DNA from: Candidatus Heimdallarchaeota archaeon
Lineage (GTDB): Archaea; Asgardarchaeota; Heimdallarchaeia; Hodarchaeales; Hodarchaeaceae
DNA length: 64,000 bases
Direction: 5' to 3'
Assembly (NCBI GenBank): GCA_048881705.1
Contig: JBHLSH010000001.1
Span: forward strand, 96,001-160,000
How positions within the stretch are numbered: the stretch's first letter is position 1; every line of letters starts with the position of its first letter. The notes beneath the pieces are model-generated. The model saw nothing but the letters and a program-made list of their open reading frames with translations. It did not search any database and was not told the origin of the DNA. The position numbers and the translations under genes are program-made. This document shows, in pieces, positions 47,976 to 58,527 of this stretch.

Positions 47976-49304
47976 TTAAACATCTAAATATCTCTTTCTT
48001 TCCCACTCATGAACATAAACGTTGAAATCGTGCCATTCACGAGTTTTAACCTCGAGATATTTTTGGTAAAAATCCGAACCCAGTGATTCTTCAAGGTCGC
48101 GATCTTTTCGAAGGTGATAAAGCGCCTCTCCGAAATTTCCTGGAAGTGTTTCAATTCCTCTTTCCGTACGCTCATTGGGACTCATTTTATAGATATCCTC
48201 TTCAACAGCAGGAGGGGGTATTAGTTTCTTTTTGATGCCATCTAGTCCTGTTGCGAGTAGGGCAGCATAAGATAAATAAAAATTGCAGGAACCATCAGTA
48301 GGACGATACTCCAGCCGCGCGGCTTTCTTTTTTCCAGGTGGGATTCTAATCAGCGTTGAACGGTTATAATTGGCCCATGAAATGTAAACAGGGGCTTCCC
48401 ATCCCGGCACAAGGCGTTTATAAGAATTAACTGAGGGATTTGTTATGCCTGTCAGACCTTTTGCATGAGCAAGAATTCCTGCCATGAATCCTAACGCCAT
48501 ATCACTTAAGCCATGAGATTGAGCAGGATCCGCGAAAAGATTAACCTTGTTTTTATCATCCCGTAGATTAATATGGGTATGCAACCCTGCTCCGTATTCT
48601 CCGTGGAACGGCTTGGGCATAAAAGACGCGATGACTCCCTTTTTGGCAGCAATTATTTTTGTTAGGAATTTAACAAGATAAATAGTATCCGCCATTCGTA
48701 ATGCTTGATCGTAGGCCAAATTGAACTCGCTTTTTCCATGAGGAACCTCATGGTGATGTTTTTCAATTGCAATTCCTATTTGGCTAAAGTGTTTGGTCAT
48801 TTCAAGACGAAGCTCTGCACCACGATCTGCTGGGGGAGAAGCTAGATATCCTGCTTCATCGATCAGTTTGATTTTATCGTGTTCTCTCATTTCAAACAGG
48901 AAGAACTCGATTTCACTCGCCGTATAACTGTTGACATTAGCCCCTAATGTGCCTTGAATGTTCTTCAAAACCTTTTTCAAAATAAAACGGGGATCTAACT
49001 CGAATTGTTTGGTTGAATCTGGCTCGTACAAATCACAAACTACTCTTGCGACCCGTTGTGGAAACAAACCATGTGGAAGCACAATAAAACTACTGGGATC
49101 AGGTATCAACTTAACGTCACTCTTGCTGACATCAACCACTCCTAATGAACTACCATCCGTATGCATTCCTTCCTCAAAGATAGTCGAAAAATGCTTGACG
49201 GGAACCCAAAGCGTATGAAGGATACCCACTAGATCAGTGAATTGTAAAGCAATTTCTTCAACCTTTTCTCGTTCCATTACTTCCTCAACTTCATTAATAG
49301 GCAT
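47976..49304 (-). CDS. glnA: Glutamine synthetase type I family protein
   Basis: LQFTDLVG, DGSS, EIEFFLF, HHEV, MPKP...GAGLHTH, NSYKRLVPGWEAP, NRSTLIRIP and RLEYR motifs. Confidence 0.88.
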   Translation of the reverse strand: MPINEVEEVMEREKVEEIALQFTDLVGILHTLWVPVKHFSTIFEEGMHTDGSSLGVVDVSKSDVKLIPDPSSFIVLPHGLFPQRVARVVCDLYEPDSTKQFELDPRFILKKVLKNIQGTLGANVNSYTASEIEFFLFEMREHDKIKLIDEAGYLASPPADRGAELRLEMTKHFSQIGIAIEKHHHEVPHGKSEFNLAYDQALRMADTIYLVKFLTKIIAAKKGVIASFMPKPFHGEYGAGLHTHINLRDDKNKVNLFADPAQSHGLSDMALGFMAGILAHAKGLTGITNPSVNSYKRLVPGWEAPVYISWANYNRSTLIRIPPGKKKAARLEYRPTDGSCNFYLSYAALLATGLDGIKKKLIPPPAVEEDIYKMSPNERTERGIETLPGNFGEALYHLRKDRDLEESLGSDFYQKYLEVKTREWHDFNVYVHEWERKRYLDV

Positions 49305-49341
49305 GGATCAGGCTTCCTTATCCGATTTACTAACTTACAGG

Positions 49342-49357
49342 GATGGTTAAAACCATC
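49342..49357. promoter_or_regulatory. Perfect palindrome GATGGTT-AA-AACCATC between divergent glnA and M20 genes (candidate operator)
   Basis: Directly visible 7-2-7 inverted repeat in a 110-bp divergent intergenic region. Confidence 0.4.
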
Positions 49358-49414
49358 TTTTAAGGGGTTATTTATGAAGCCTGACCACGGAATGAATTCA
49401 AGGAGATATGGCAT

Positions 49415-50611
49415 TTGATATACCGAGATTTAAAACGTCAGATAATCCAAGAGGCCAGAGACTTGGAGGAGTACATCGTCCAAACACGTCGTCATCTCCA
49501 TATGCACCCAGAAACAGCATACGAAGAACATAAAACTGCAGATTATATTGAAAATGAACTAAAGAACCTTGGGTATGACACTGAAAGAACTGCGGGTACT
49601 GGGATCCTCGGAATCCTTAATAATGATTCTCAAGGAAAAACTGTGGCCTTACGGGCTGATATCGACGCGTTAAATATTACTGAGGAGAATGATATCCCAT
49701 ACAGAAGTAAAGTACCTGGAAAGATGCATGCCTGTGGACATGATGCTCATACAGCGATGTTATTAGGTGCGGCCAAAATTCTTTTCAAGTACCGAAAGGT
49801 TTTATCAGGTCCTCTGAAGCTGATATTTCAACCTGGGGAAGAAGGCAAAGCTGGGGCAAAGAAAATTGTAGAAGAGGGGCAGCTTGACAATGTGGACACG
49901 ATTTTTGGTCTTCATGTCTGGCAAGCATCATCATCGGGTGAAATAGCAACTGGGGCGGACGGGGCTTTATTTGCTTCCTCAGACCGTTTCACAATTAGAA
50001 TTTCTGGGATCGGGGGACATGCCGCAATGCCTCATGAAACTGTGGATCCGATTCCTGTACTTTTCGATATATACAATGCACTCCAAAAGGTAATTTCACG
50101 TGAGATAGATCCCTTTGAACCAGTTGTGTTAACCATGCCGCGGATCGTGGGGAGTAGTGCCCACAATATAATCCCATCGGTTGGGATCCTAAATGGAACG
50201 CTTCGAACACTAAATCCCAGGGTTCGCTCACGTATCTTGGATCGCCTTCAGGAGGTGGTCGTTGGATATTCACGAGCGTGGCGTTGCAAGGGATCAGTCA
50301 ATATTGATCCCCTAGGCTATCCGGCCTTGATCAATGACAAAGATACCACAAAGAAGATTATTACGATACTCCATGATCTAGATGAAGTAAAACCAGCACC
50401 CCCGAGTATGATTGGCGAGGATTTCGGATTTTATTTACAAAGAACCAAAGGAGTTTTTTTCACTCTAGGGATCTACAATAAAGAAAAAGGGATAATTTAT
50501 CCACACCATCATCCTCAATTTCAGGTAGACGAGTCGGTACTTTGGAAAGGAACCGCGATCTATGCCATTTCGGGCCTCTATTATTATTTCAGCTCGGATT
50601 TTGAACCATGA
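49415..50611 (+). CDS. M20D family amidohydrolase (carboxypeptidase / IAA-amino acid hydrolase-like)
   Basis: RRHLHMHPE, LRADIDAL, MHACGHDAH, FQPGEEG, EDFGFY and HHPQF motifs. TTG start 9 nt after AGGAG. Confidence 0.93.
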   Translation: MIYRDLKRQIIQEARDLEEYIVQTRRHLHMHPETAYEEHKTADYIENELKNLGYDTERTAGTGILGILNNDSQGKTVALRADIDALNITEENDIPYRSKVPGKMHACGHDAHTAMLLGAAKILFKYRKVLSGPLKLIFQPGEEGKAGAKKIVEEGQLDNVDTIFGLHVWQASSSGEIATGADGALFASSDRFTIRISGIGGHAAMPHETVDPIPVLFDIYNALQKVISREIDPFEPVVLTMPRIVGSSAHNIIPSVGILNGTLRTLNPRVRSRILDRLQEVVVGYSRAWRCKGSVNIDPLGYPALINDKDTTKKIITILHDLDEVKPAPPSMIGEDFGFYLQRTKGVFFTLGIYNKEKGIIYPHHHPQFQVDESVLWKGTAIYAISGLYYYFSSDFEP

Positions 50612-50630
50612 AATCTGGTTGGATTTTTAT

Positions 50631-52121
50631 CTACAGCTTTCGTTTTCGGATCAGTTGAACACATTTGGAAATGTCTGGGGCCAATTCTCGGTCATGTATT
50701 AAAGAGGAGACTACCTCACGGATTGTGGAGTGGGTTTTCTCAGTTTTTGGTGCAAGAATGTCTTTATTTTCGGCTAAATCTATGGCTTGTGCCGCGCATA
50801 GTAATTCAATGGCCAGGATGTTGTGCAAATTTTGAATTATTTTTCGAGTTTTTGACGCTGCGGATGTACCCATAGAAGAAAAATCTTCTTGGTTTGCAGA
50901 AACTGGAATTGAATCAACAGAGGCAGGAGACGCGAGATGGTTGTTTTCAGCAACCAATGAGGCGGCAGTATATTGGGCGATCATTAAACCAGAATTAGGC
51001 CCCGAAGTAGGGGCGAGAAAGGCAGGCAAACCACTAAGACTTGGATTTAACAAGCGTTCAACCCGTCGTTCTGAGATCGTTCCAATCCCTGTCATGGCTA
51101 GCCCCAAGAAATCCATTGCGATCGCAACAGGATGACCATGAAAATTTCCTCCAGAATAAATCTGATCGACCGAGAAAATCAGGGGATTATCAGTAGAAGA
51201 GTTCATTTCCACCTCTACCACGTTTTCGGTATATCGAACTGCATCTAAGATAGCTCCGTGGACTGCTGGAACACAACGCAAGGAATAAGCATCTTGGTGA
51301 GGTATCTGATGCCGAACGCTCTTACTTCCATCCAAAATATCCAATATTTCCTTCGCTACATCTATCTGACCAGGATGTGGGCGAGCTTGATGTATCAACG
51401 GATTTAAAGCATCAATATTGGCCCTGTGCACCTCCATACTCATCGCAGTTGCTAGATTAGCGATCCTGATTAGATATTTTGCGTCTGCAACTGCTAATGC
51501 GGCGATCGCTGTCATTGCTTGTGTTCCATTGAGTAAGGCTAGTCCATCTTTGGCTCCCAATCGAAGGGAGGTAAGCCCTACCTTTTTCAGAGCTGCTCTA
51601 CCAGTAATCCGTTGGCCACCAAAATCCACCCAACCTTTACCGATCAAAACCTGTGATAGATGTGCCAGCGGCGCAAGATCCCCACTCGCTCCAAGACTTC
51701 CCTGAGAGGGAACTACGGGGACAATATCGTGGTTTAATAGATCGACAAGGAGCTCGACCACTTCCAATCGTACCCCAGAATGTCCACGCACAAGTTTATT
51801 GATTTGTAATACCATCATTCCCCTAACTACTTCTAAGGGTAGTTCCAACCCTACCCCTGCGGAGTGACTAAGAACAAGGTTTTCTTGAAGTTGATATACA
51901 TCATCAGAAGACACCGGTACTTCCTGGAGATGTCCGAATCCCGTTGTAACACCATAAATTCGTCTATTCTGCTTCAAAACAGTTTGAACGATATTTGCGG
52001 CCTGTTCTATTCTTGAAACAACCTCGGACGCTATTTCTACTGCATATTTGTCTCGTGTTATCAAAATTATATCTGAAATAGTAAGAGATTCTCCATCTAA
52101 TGTAACGACTGGCTTTTCCAT
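50631..52121 (-). CDS. hutH: Histidine ammonia-lyase
   Basis: IYGVTTGFG, MIO triad in GSLGASGDLAPL, QDAYSLRC, DNPL, GGNFHG and SANQED motifs. Confidence 0.96.
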   Translation of the reverse strand: MEKPVVTLDGESLTISDIILITRDKYAVEIASEVVSRIEQAANIVQTVLKQNRRIYGVTTGFGHLQEVPVSSDDVYQLQENLVLSHSAGVGLELPLEVVRGMMVLQINKLVRGHSGVRLEVVELLVDLLNHDIVPVVPSQGSLGASGDLAPLAHLSQVLIGKGWVDFGGQRITGRAALKKVGLTSLRLGAKDGLALLNGTQAMTAIAALAVADAKYLIRIANLATAMSMEVHRANIDALNPLIHQARPHPGQIDVAKEILDILDGSKSVRHQIPHQDAYSLRCVPAVHGAILDAVRYTENVVEVEMNSSTDNPLIFSVDQIYSGGNFHGHPVAIAMDFLGLAMTGIGTISERRVERLLNPSLSGLPAFLAPTSGPNSGLMIAQYTAASLVAENNHLASPASVDSIPVSANQEDFSSMGTSAASKTRKIIQNLHNILAIELLCAAQAIDLAENKDILAPKTEKTHSTIREVVSSLIHDRELAPDISKCVQLIRKRKL

Positions 52122-52189
52122 GGTAATTTACTCCTTGTCATCATTTTTTTATAGGTCGTTGGGTATTCTAAGACAAATGTATAAGTTTT

Positions 52190-52210
52190 ATAGCGTTTAG
52201 TGGACGCTAT
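52190..52210. promoter_or_regulatory. Inverted repeat ATAGCGT-N7-ACGCTAT abutting a TATA-like box upstream of hutH (candidate operator)
   Basis: Perfect 7-bp arms. The minus-strand TATAAAA overlaps the left arm, about 70 nt upstream of the hutH ATG. Confidence 0.4.
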
Positions 52211-52621
52211 TATGGAGTAAGGCATGAAAATTATTAATGTTAATGAGGTGTATACTTCAATTTTAATAAACCAAGAGGTTTTCTACCGATGGAGAAAGTT
52301 GTATTCCCAATTTCTGAAACCTTATCCTATGGGTCGTAGTGGGGTTTATTTTTGCCATTATAATAGAATTGACACATGTTACATTTATAAACGAAAAATT
52401 GAGCCCAATTACGAACGATCAAAAAATTTGAAAGGAAGAGTGGGGTTTCTGGAGTTGTCAACCCGACCTGTTCCATGCCTATTTCGAGGGGAATGAAGCC
52501 CTATCTCTCTTATCTTAAGTTCATATCTTGCCGGGAACTTTTCCACAGGCCAGTACTATTTATTTTATCAGATAGCTTATTTGCCCGCACTCCTGATTAA
52601 CAAAAAACGAGCTAATGGGCA

Positions 52622-53056
52622 TTGATCCGTAATGATGTTGCCTTTATCATTGGATACAAGTTAGGAGAACTCGCTCGTTACTTGGAACTGGCGATTGAAA
52701 GATCGAGTCGGACACCCAAGCGAGAAAGAGTTCTAGTTAGGGCCTTATATGTATACGAGACGTTGAAAAATCTAGAATCGGATCTATCCCAGCTTCAATT
52801 CGCCGACGATGTGCATAAAGACATTGATACGTATGTCCAGCGGTTGGGCGAAAAGTATGGAGAGATTAGAAGACGTTTAGAAGAAGAAAAACCTCAAATG
52901 CAAGATAATCCGATGTGGGTGTCAAAAATAAAGCAAAAACTCTCCGTAATAAAACGAACCAATCAGGTTCTTGGGATGGAGGAAGTTAAGAATCTCCAGA
53001 TTAAGCTTAAGTTCTGGAAAGACAGATTAACGATAGGTATGTCCTCCCAGCCTTGA
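52622..53056 (+). CDS. Hypothetical helical protein
   Basis: 144-aa ORF convergent with the next gene; no family recognised. Confidence 0.6.
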   Translation: MIRNDVAFIIGYKLGELARYLELAIERSSRTPKRERVLVRALYVYETLKNLESDLSQLQFADDVHKDIDTYVQRLGEKYGEIRRRLEEEKPQMQDNPMWVSKIKQKLSVIKRTNQVLGMEEVKNLQIKLKFWKDRLTIGMSSQP

Positions 53057-53083
53057 AAATTCTATTTTTTAAATGGTAAACAG

Positions 53084-56000
53084 CTAAATCTGTAAATAAT
53101 CTTCTGCAAGAACTTGTTCAAGCTTTTTTATGAGGTGAACGGCATTATCCTTTGTGAATATTAAAGGAGGTTTAATTTTAATCACATTCAACAAGGGACC
53201 ATCGAAACCAAGCAATATTCCTTCTTCTTTCATCCTTTCTACAACATATCGGGTTTTTAGCGGCGCTGGATCCTTTTTTTCCGGATTTATAACCAATTCA
53301 GCCCCAAGAAAGAGTCCCTCTCCTCGGACATCGCCAATTATCGGAAATCTCTCCTTTAATTTCAGAAGCTCCGTCTTGAGATAGGCTCCGATTTCGCGTG
53401 CATTTTTTTGAAGGTTTTCCGTTTGAATGACTTCAAGAACAGCTAATCCAACTGCACATGAGACGGGATTGCCTCCTGTGGTTGTAAAATATTCCATTCC
53501 ATTATCAAATGCCCTTGCTATTTCTGGTGTTGTCACAACAGCACCTATAGGATGTCCATTACCCATTGGTTTTCCCAGGGTCACAATATCAGGCACCACA
53601 TTCTGAAGTTCAAACCCCCAGAAATGGCTGCCCACTCTGCCAAAGCCCACCTGAACCTCATCTGCAATACAGACTCCACCGCAACTTCTGATATGTTTAT
53701 AAACCTCTTCCAAGTATCCCTTGGGAAAAACAATCTGTCCTCCAACTCCAGGTAACGACTCACAAATAAAGGCCGCTGGGCCTCTTCCAGCTCCCTGCAA
53801 GCTTACCAATATTTGCTCTACTTCTGTAGCATATTTCTTGGATGCCTCTGGATCACCAGCTCTGTATAATCCCCGAAAAATATCTGGCATACTCACCTTA
53901 TGTACGTAGGGAGGTGAACCTTGACCTCCGGGGCCTTCATGTTTGTAGGGACTGATATTGATTAATTCCCCAGTATTCCCGTGATAGGCATGATCGATGA
54001 CGATTATGTCATGTTGTTTTGTATACGTCCTAGCTAGCCGCAAGGCTAATTCATTCGCTTCACTGCCACTATTGACAAAAAAACACACTTTGAGAGGGTC
54101 GGGGAATGTTGCACACAAACGTAGAGCATATCTTACTAGATTTTCATGCAGATAACGCGTGTTAGTGTTTAAAACGATTGACTGGCGGCGTAAAGCATCC
54201 ACTACCTTCGGATGATTGTGTCCAACATGTGGGACATTATTCACCGCATCAAGGTAAGAACGTGCATTTTGGTCATATAGATATTGTCCGTACCCCCTTA
54301 CAATGTGCAAGGGATTTATATATGAGATACTCAAAGATGGGCCTATTTTCTGCTTTCTTAACATAAGAATCTCTTCCATAGATAGCCCATCTTGGGGAAA
54401 CGATTCATCAGGAATCCGTAAGAAAATATTAGGGTCGAGACACACCGACAACCAGACTTTTTTTTGATTTGCTGGAATTTTGAAGGGGAACTTGTTTGTG
54501 GTTCCGAATAAACAGGTTGACAGCTGAAAATGAAGGAAATAAAGAGGGGTTTCACCCTTTAGTTTCCCCATATAACCCAAATGTTCCCCTTGGCTGATTT
54601 CATCACCAATTTCAAGGTTTTTTATCGAATCAGCCTCTAAATTTCTGTAAATAGTGAAATAAGTTAACTCTCCCTTGTCTAGATCTAGAATATGTTTGAG
54701 GATAAAGAGAGAAGTAAAATCAGACGATTCATGACCTTGTTTCCAGTAAACTTGACCATCAGCAGGACTGTAAATTGGTATACGGGATATTAGGAATAAA
54801 TCGTACCCTAGATGTATTGTTGGGGTTTCAACAGAACTGGGCAGATCAATGGTGTAATATAGACGCGGCTCATTATGTCTCCCAATACCGATATTGATAT
54901 TTGATTCTTTCATTCTGTCATAGATAAGACGCTGTAACCGGTCCTTATTCTGAAGTTCGTAAAATGAGCTGAATTCCAAACTATTCACACTGAGATCAAA
55001 GACGATGTGCGGCTGATTTGAGAAGTTATATTCTATAATAGAAGTATGTGAAGTTCGAGCAAGCCATTGGCCTATACTTTGTGTTTTCAGAGAGGGGATC
55101 ATTTTACATGCTATACGAAAGGATATATGGGCAAATTCGGGATGAATCTCTTTGAGCTGGTATAATGTTTTCCACGCCAAATCCTCTGAAATGCTCAGAT
55201 ATTCATTGTCGGGATCTATTTTCCGCTGATATGCCGATATAGTCACACTTAGACAGAGACGGAGACAAATAAAAATAAACAAGCATTCCACTTCCAGGTC
55301 AGTCAATGGAAATACGGAATGGAACCCTGTAACGGCTACTGAAGCAATACCAATTGGATTTTCTTTCCCAAGCATCAAATATGCAATAGCAACTGCCAGC
55401 TCAAAAACGGTACAACTCTTTACCATATCTCCAAAATCTATGATACCAAAATCGTAGCTAAACGGCGTGGGCCGATAATTTACAATAATGTTGAAATCGT
55501 TCGCATCGTTATGGATCACGCTCTTCCGTAACTTGCCTACCTTGGATTTCGTATTATTTTCAAAAAACGTCAAGAAATATTCTAAAAGCGCCTTTCTTTC
55601 AGGAAGTTGGATATATTCTTTATATCTTTCAATCACAGTATGAGCATGTCTTAAATCCCAGTGAAACTCACGTTCTGATGAAGGATGAGAAAAAGTTGAC
55701 AAACCCTTAGTTAGTTCTCCGATAAAATGGCCAAATTTCGCAACAAGCTCTTCATGGTGAGGATTTATTCTTGCAAGAACCTTTCCAGGAAGATAAGTGA
55801 GCAATCTTATGAAATAATTCTCTTCTCCCCTTTTATAATGCCCAAGCAGATTATTATTCCTCGTCAAAATTATCCGTGGCGCGATCCCGGAAGCAACAGA
55901 AGATAGATGAATCAAGGCTTGATTTTGAAAATCAAGTATTTCCCTCTTCTCAAGTGTACTAGCAATCTTTAAAACAAATTCAAGCCCATCCGATGCCCTT

Positions 56001-56143
56001 AGATAAAAATTTTGGTCACGTTCACTAGGAAACTCCTGTGCGATTCCGTTAACTCCGTACAGCTTCATGACAATTGCTTGGGCCTCTTCCTCCGAGAATT
56101 CGGGCCTTTTTAATGAGTGGTTCACTGAAATTCTAACCCGCAC
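53084..56143 (-). CDS. Fusion of an APH/hydroxylysine-kinase-like domain, a degenerate M23-like domain, and a class III aminotransferase/phospho-lyase
   Basis: [22 protein letters not shown] and GIIDFGD (kinase); IHLGYDL; [23 protein letters not shown] and TLGKPMGNG (class III PLP). Confidence 0.92.
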   Translation of the reverse strand: MRVRISVNHSLKRPEFSEEEAQAIVMKLYGVNGIAQEFPSERDQNFYLRASDGLEFVLKIASTLEKREILDFQNQALIHLSSVASGIAPRIILTRNNNLLGHYKRGEENYFIRLLTYLPGKVLARINPHHEELVAKFGHFIGELTKGLSTFSHPSSEREFHWDLRHAHTVIERYKEYIQLPERKALLEYFLTFFENNTKSKVGKLRKSVIHNDANDFNIIVNYRPTPFSYDFGIIDFGDMVKSCTVFELAVAIAYLMLGKENPIGIASVAVTGFHSVFPLTDLEVECLFIFICLRLCLSVTISAYQRKIDPDNEYLSISEDLAWKTLYQLKEIHPEFAHISFRIACKMIPSLKTQSIGQWLARTSHTSIIEYNFSNQPHIVFDLSVNSLEFSSFYELQNKDRLQRLIYDRMKESNINIGIGRHNEPRLYYTIDLPSSVETPTIHLGYDLFLISRIPIYSPADGQVYWKQGHESSDFTSLFILKHILDLDKGELTYFTIYRNLEADSIKNLEIGDEISQGEHLGYMGKLKGETPLYFLHFQLSTCLFGTTNKFPFKIPANQKKVWLSVCLDPNIFLRIPDESFPQDGLSMEEILMLRKQKIGPSLSISYINPLHIVRGYGQYLYDQNARSYLDAVNNVPHVGHNHPKVVDALRRQSIVLNTNTRYLHENLVRYALRLCATFPDPLKVCFFVNSGSEANELALRLARTYTKQHDIIVIDHAYHGNTGELINISPYKHEGPGGQGSPPYVHKVSMPDIFRGLYRAGDPEASKKYATEVEQILVSLQGAGRGPAAFICESLPGVGGQIVFPKGYLEEVYKHIRSCGGVCIADEVQVGFGRVGSHFWGFELQNVVPDIVTLGKPMGNGHPIGAVVTTPEIARAFDNGMEYFTTTGGNPVSCAVGLAVLEVIQTENLQKNAREIGAYLKTELLKLKERFPIIGDVRGEGLFLGAELVINPEKKDPAPLKTRYVVERMKEEGILLGFDGPLLNVIKIKPPLIFTKDNAVHLIKKLEQVLAEDYLQI

Positions 56144-56182
56144 GAATAATGATATAATTATAAGGTAAAAACGGGATCCAGT

Positions 56183-58069
56183 TCATATTAATTGTATTTC
56201 GTATGTTTCCAAAGGGGGATAGAGATCGATGTCTGTACGACCTTCCACAAGGTGAATTAGTTCCAGATACAACTTCCGATAGGATGGATCCCGTTGTTCG
56301 CTTATTCCGGGTATCAGAATGTCGTGAACTTTTGCTAACTCGATAGATTTAGAGTAACCGGCAGCTGCGTGTCTTAAGATGGCAGACATAGGATCCCATG
56401 TCAGAACCCTGAATATCCGTTCTTGAGAGATTTGGGTGCCGTCTGCTACGCAGACCTGGCCAGCATGAAGTGAGTATCCCACTCCTACACCGCCGCCGCC
56501 ATGATAACTTGTCCATGTGGCGCCACATAAGGAATTTCCGAGAAGATTAAGAACAGCATAATCCCCTATAGCATCGGATCCATCTTCCATCCCTTCTGTC
56601 TCGCGATAAGGACTGGCTACTGATCCTCCATCCAAATGGTCCCGACCAATAATAACTGGGGCCTTAATCAACCCATCTGCATACAGTTTGTTTAAAAGCA
56701 TGCCGAACGCAGCCCTGCCCTTGTAGCCTGCCCAAAAAACTCGCGCAGGAAGCCCTCCCTCGAAGGGGATGTACTTCGAAGCCAAATTAATCCAGTTTAT
56801 CAACATTGGGTCATCGTGAAATAGCTTCTTCGCGTAAATATCTGTAGTACGAATGTCCTCTGGGTCATTTGACAACGCGGCCCATCGGAACGGTCCTTTT
56901 CCTTCACAAAACAAAGGACGAATGTAATTAATAACGAATCCTGCAAATCCAAACGCGTCACCAAGTCCAGCTGCATGCGCTTGAGCACGAATGTTATTAC
57001 CATAGTCAAATGTCTCAGCTCCCCGTTTTTGCAGGGTCAACATTGCCCGTACATGGCGTTTTACAGTTTTATGAGCCAGTTTCTTGTACTTGACCGGATC
57101 GGATTTCCGCAGTTCAATTGCTTCTTCGAAGGACATCTCCGCAGGAATGTATCCATTTAGCATATCGTGAGCAGAGGTTTGGTCGGTCAATACGTGAGGT
57201 GTGATGCTCTCCGAAATCAAATACTCTAACAAGTCCACGGCGTTGCATAAAATGCCGATGGATATAGCTTCATCTTTCTTGGAGTATTCTTGTGCAAGCT
57301 TGATACTTTCAGAAATGGATGTCGTTTTTATGTCAAGATAAGGGGTTCCCTTGTCACGTCCTTGGGCATAAATCCTATCCAGATTTGATGGATCAATTTC
57401 CGCAATCAATGCCACCTTCCCTGCCATCTTAATAGCTAAAGGCTGAGCCCCTCCCATAAGTCCCAATCCCGCTGTTACAACCAATTTTTGTTCAAACGGC
57501 GATAGAGTAGCATAAGACGGTCTTTCTTCAGCTTTATTGATGGCGGCTACCAGTGTCTCATACGTTCCTTGTATAATTCCCTGAAGGCCAATGAAAATCC
57601 AGCTTCCTGCCGTCATCTGACCGTAAACGGTCAAACCCGCGTCTACAAACTCTTGGAAAGATTGGATCCAGTTGGGCACAATAATGGAATTGGTGATTAC
57701 ACACCTTGGCGCCAAAGGGTGGGTGATGGTTTTGCCATAGGGCACCCCAGACTGCATAAAAAGCGTTTCATTTTGTTCTAAGTTCTTTAAAAGATCAATA
57801 GTATCGTAAAAAGCTTTCCAGTTGCGCATTGCCTTCCCACTCCCTCCATAAATGAAAAACGTCTCCCAATCTTTGCCATTATGTAGATTTGACAGAATTG
57901 CTCGGATGATACCCTCGGTCTGCCAACCAGCTTTTGTACTAGGTGCAAGTGCATTCGCTCCACTTGGTAATGGAGGTATTTTTTCAGGTTTTAAATCCAG
58001 ACGCAGCCTTTCGCGCTCGGGTAACCTAAATTTTCCCCGCACAATCTCGTTCAAGCGAGTCTGTTTCAT
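56183..58069 (-). CDS. hutU: Urocanate hydratase
   Basis: IYGGSGKA, GQMTAGSWIFIGLQGI, AGLGLMGGAQPLA, TDQTSAHD, FDYGNN, GRDHLD and HGGGGVG motifs. Confidence 0.97.
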   Translation of the reverse strand: MKQTRLNEIVRGKFRLPERERLRLDLKPEKIPPLPSGANALAPSTKAGWQTEGIIRAILSNLHNGKDWETFFIYGGSGKAMRNWKAFYDTIDLLKNLEQNETLFMQSGVPYGKTITHPLAPRCVITNSIIVPNWIQSFQEFVDAGLTVYGQMTAGSWIFIGLQGIIQGTYETLVAAINKAEERPSYATLSPFEQKLVVTAGLGLMGGAQPLAIKMAGKVALIAEIDPSNLDRIYAQGRDKGTPYLDIKTTSISESIKLAQEYSKKDEAISIGILCNAVDLLEYLISESITPHVLTDQTSAHDMLNGYIPAEMSFEEAIELRKSDPVKYKKLAHKTVKRHVRAMLTLQKRGAETFDYGNNIRAQAHAAGLGDAFGFAGFVINYIRPLFCEGKGPFRWAALSNDPEDIRTTDIYAKKLFHDDPMLINWINLASKYIPFEGGLPARVFWAGYKGRAAFGMLLNKLYADGLIKAPVIIGRDHLDGGSVASPYRETEGMEDGSDAIGDYAVLNLLGNSLCGATWTSYHGGGGVGVGYSLHAGQVCVADGTQISQERIFRVLTWDPMSAILRHAAAGYSKSIELAKVHDILIPGISEQRDPSYRKLYLELIHLVEGRTDIDLYPPLETYEIQLI

Positions 58070-58527
58070 ATGATAACCACCAAACGACTGAGAGAATAGT
58101 GGGCTTTAATTCTTCAGGATTGATTTCTGAATTTAAAATGATACTTCTGCTCACGAAGTACTTGCTGATTCATTAAGCCGCCCTAAAGTCAGGGAGTCAT
58201 CTTCTATTCAATCCCCAGTATATGAAAACATCCTTCAAGACGGCCAAGGATTCCACACTGGTACGCATCACCTACTCCATGCTTCCTTCAGTACCATGAG
58301 GACGCCCAAGCCGAACATTATGAAACAACTGATCATCCTACGAGAGGTAGCATCAAAGAACTATCAATTTTCAATGAAATCTTCTTACCTCAAAGACATC
58401 TCCTTGAACAATCTTGGATTTCAACATTGGAAAACATTGCGGCGGTTGAACAAAAACGTACGATTCTTCTATATTTTATAATGACGGTGACAATTTAAAG
58501 CAAGTTATTTACCAATATTATTCAACA

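Noticed and set aside
49408-49410. Out-of-frame ATG right after AGGAG, suggesting a frameshift in the M20 gene
   Set aside because: The Shine-Dalgarno is only 2 nt from that ATG but 9 nt from the in-frame TTG at 49415, so no frameshift is needed.
58226-58498. Start-less 90-codon open frame, plus a minus-strand fragment MLKSKIVQGDVFEV reminiscent of a DNA methyltransferase N-terminus (possible pseudogene)
   Set aside because: The expected downstream motifs such as DPPY are absent, so the evidence is too weak to call.
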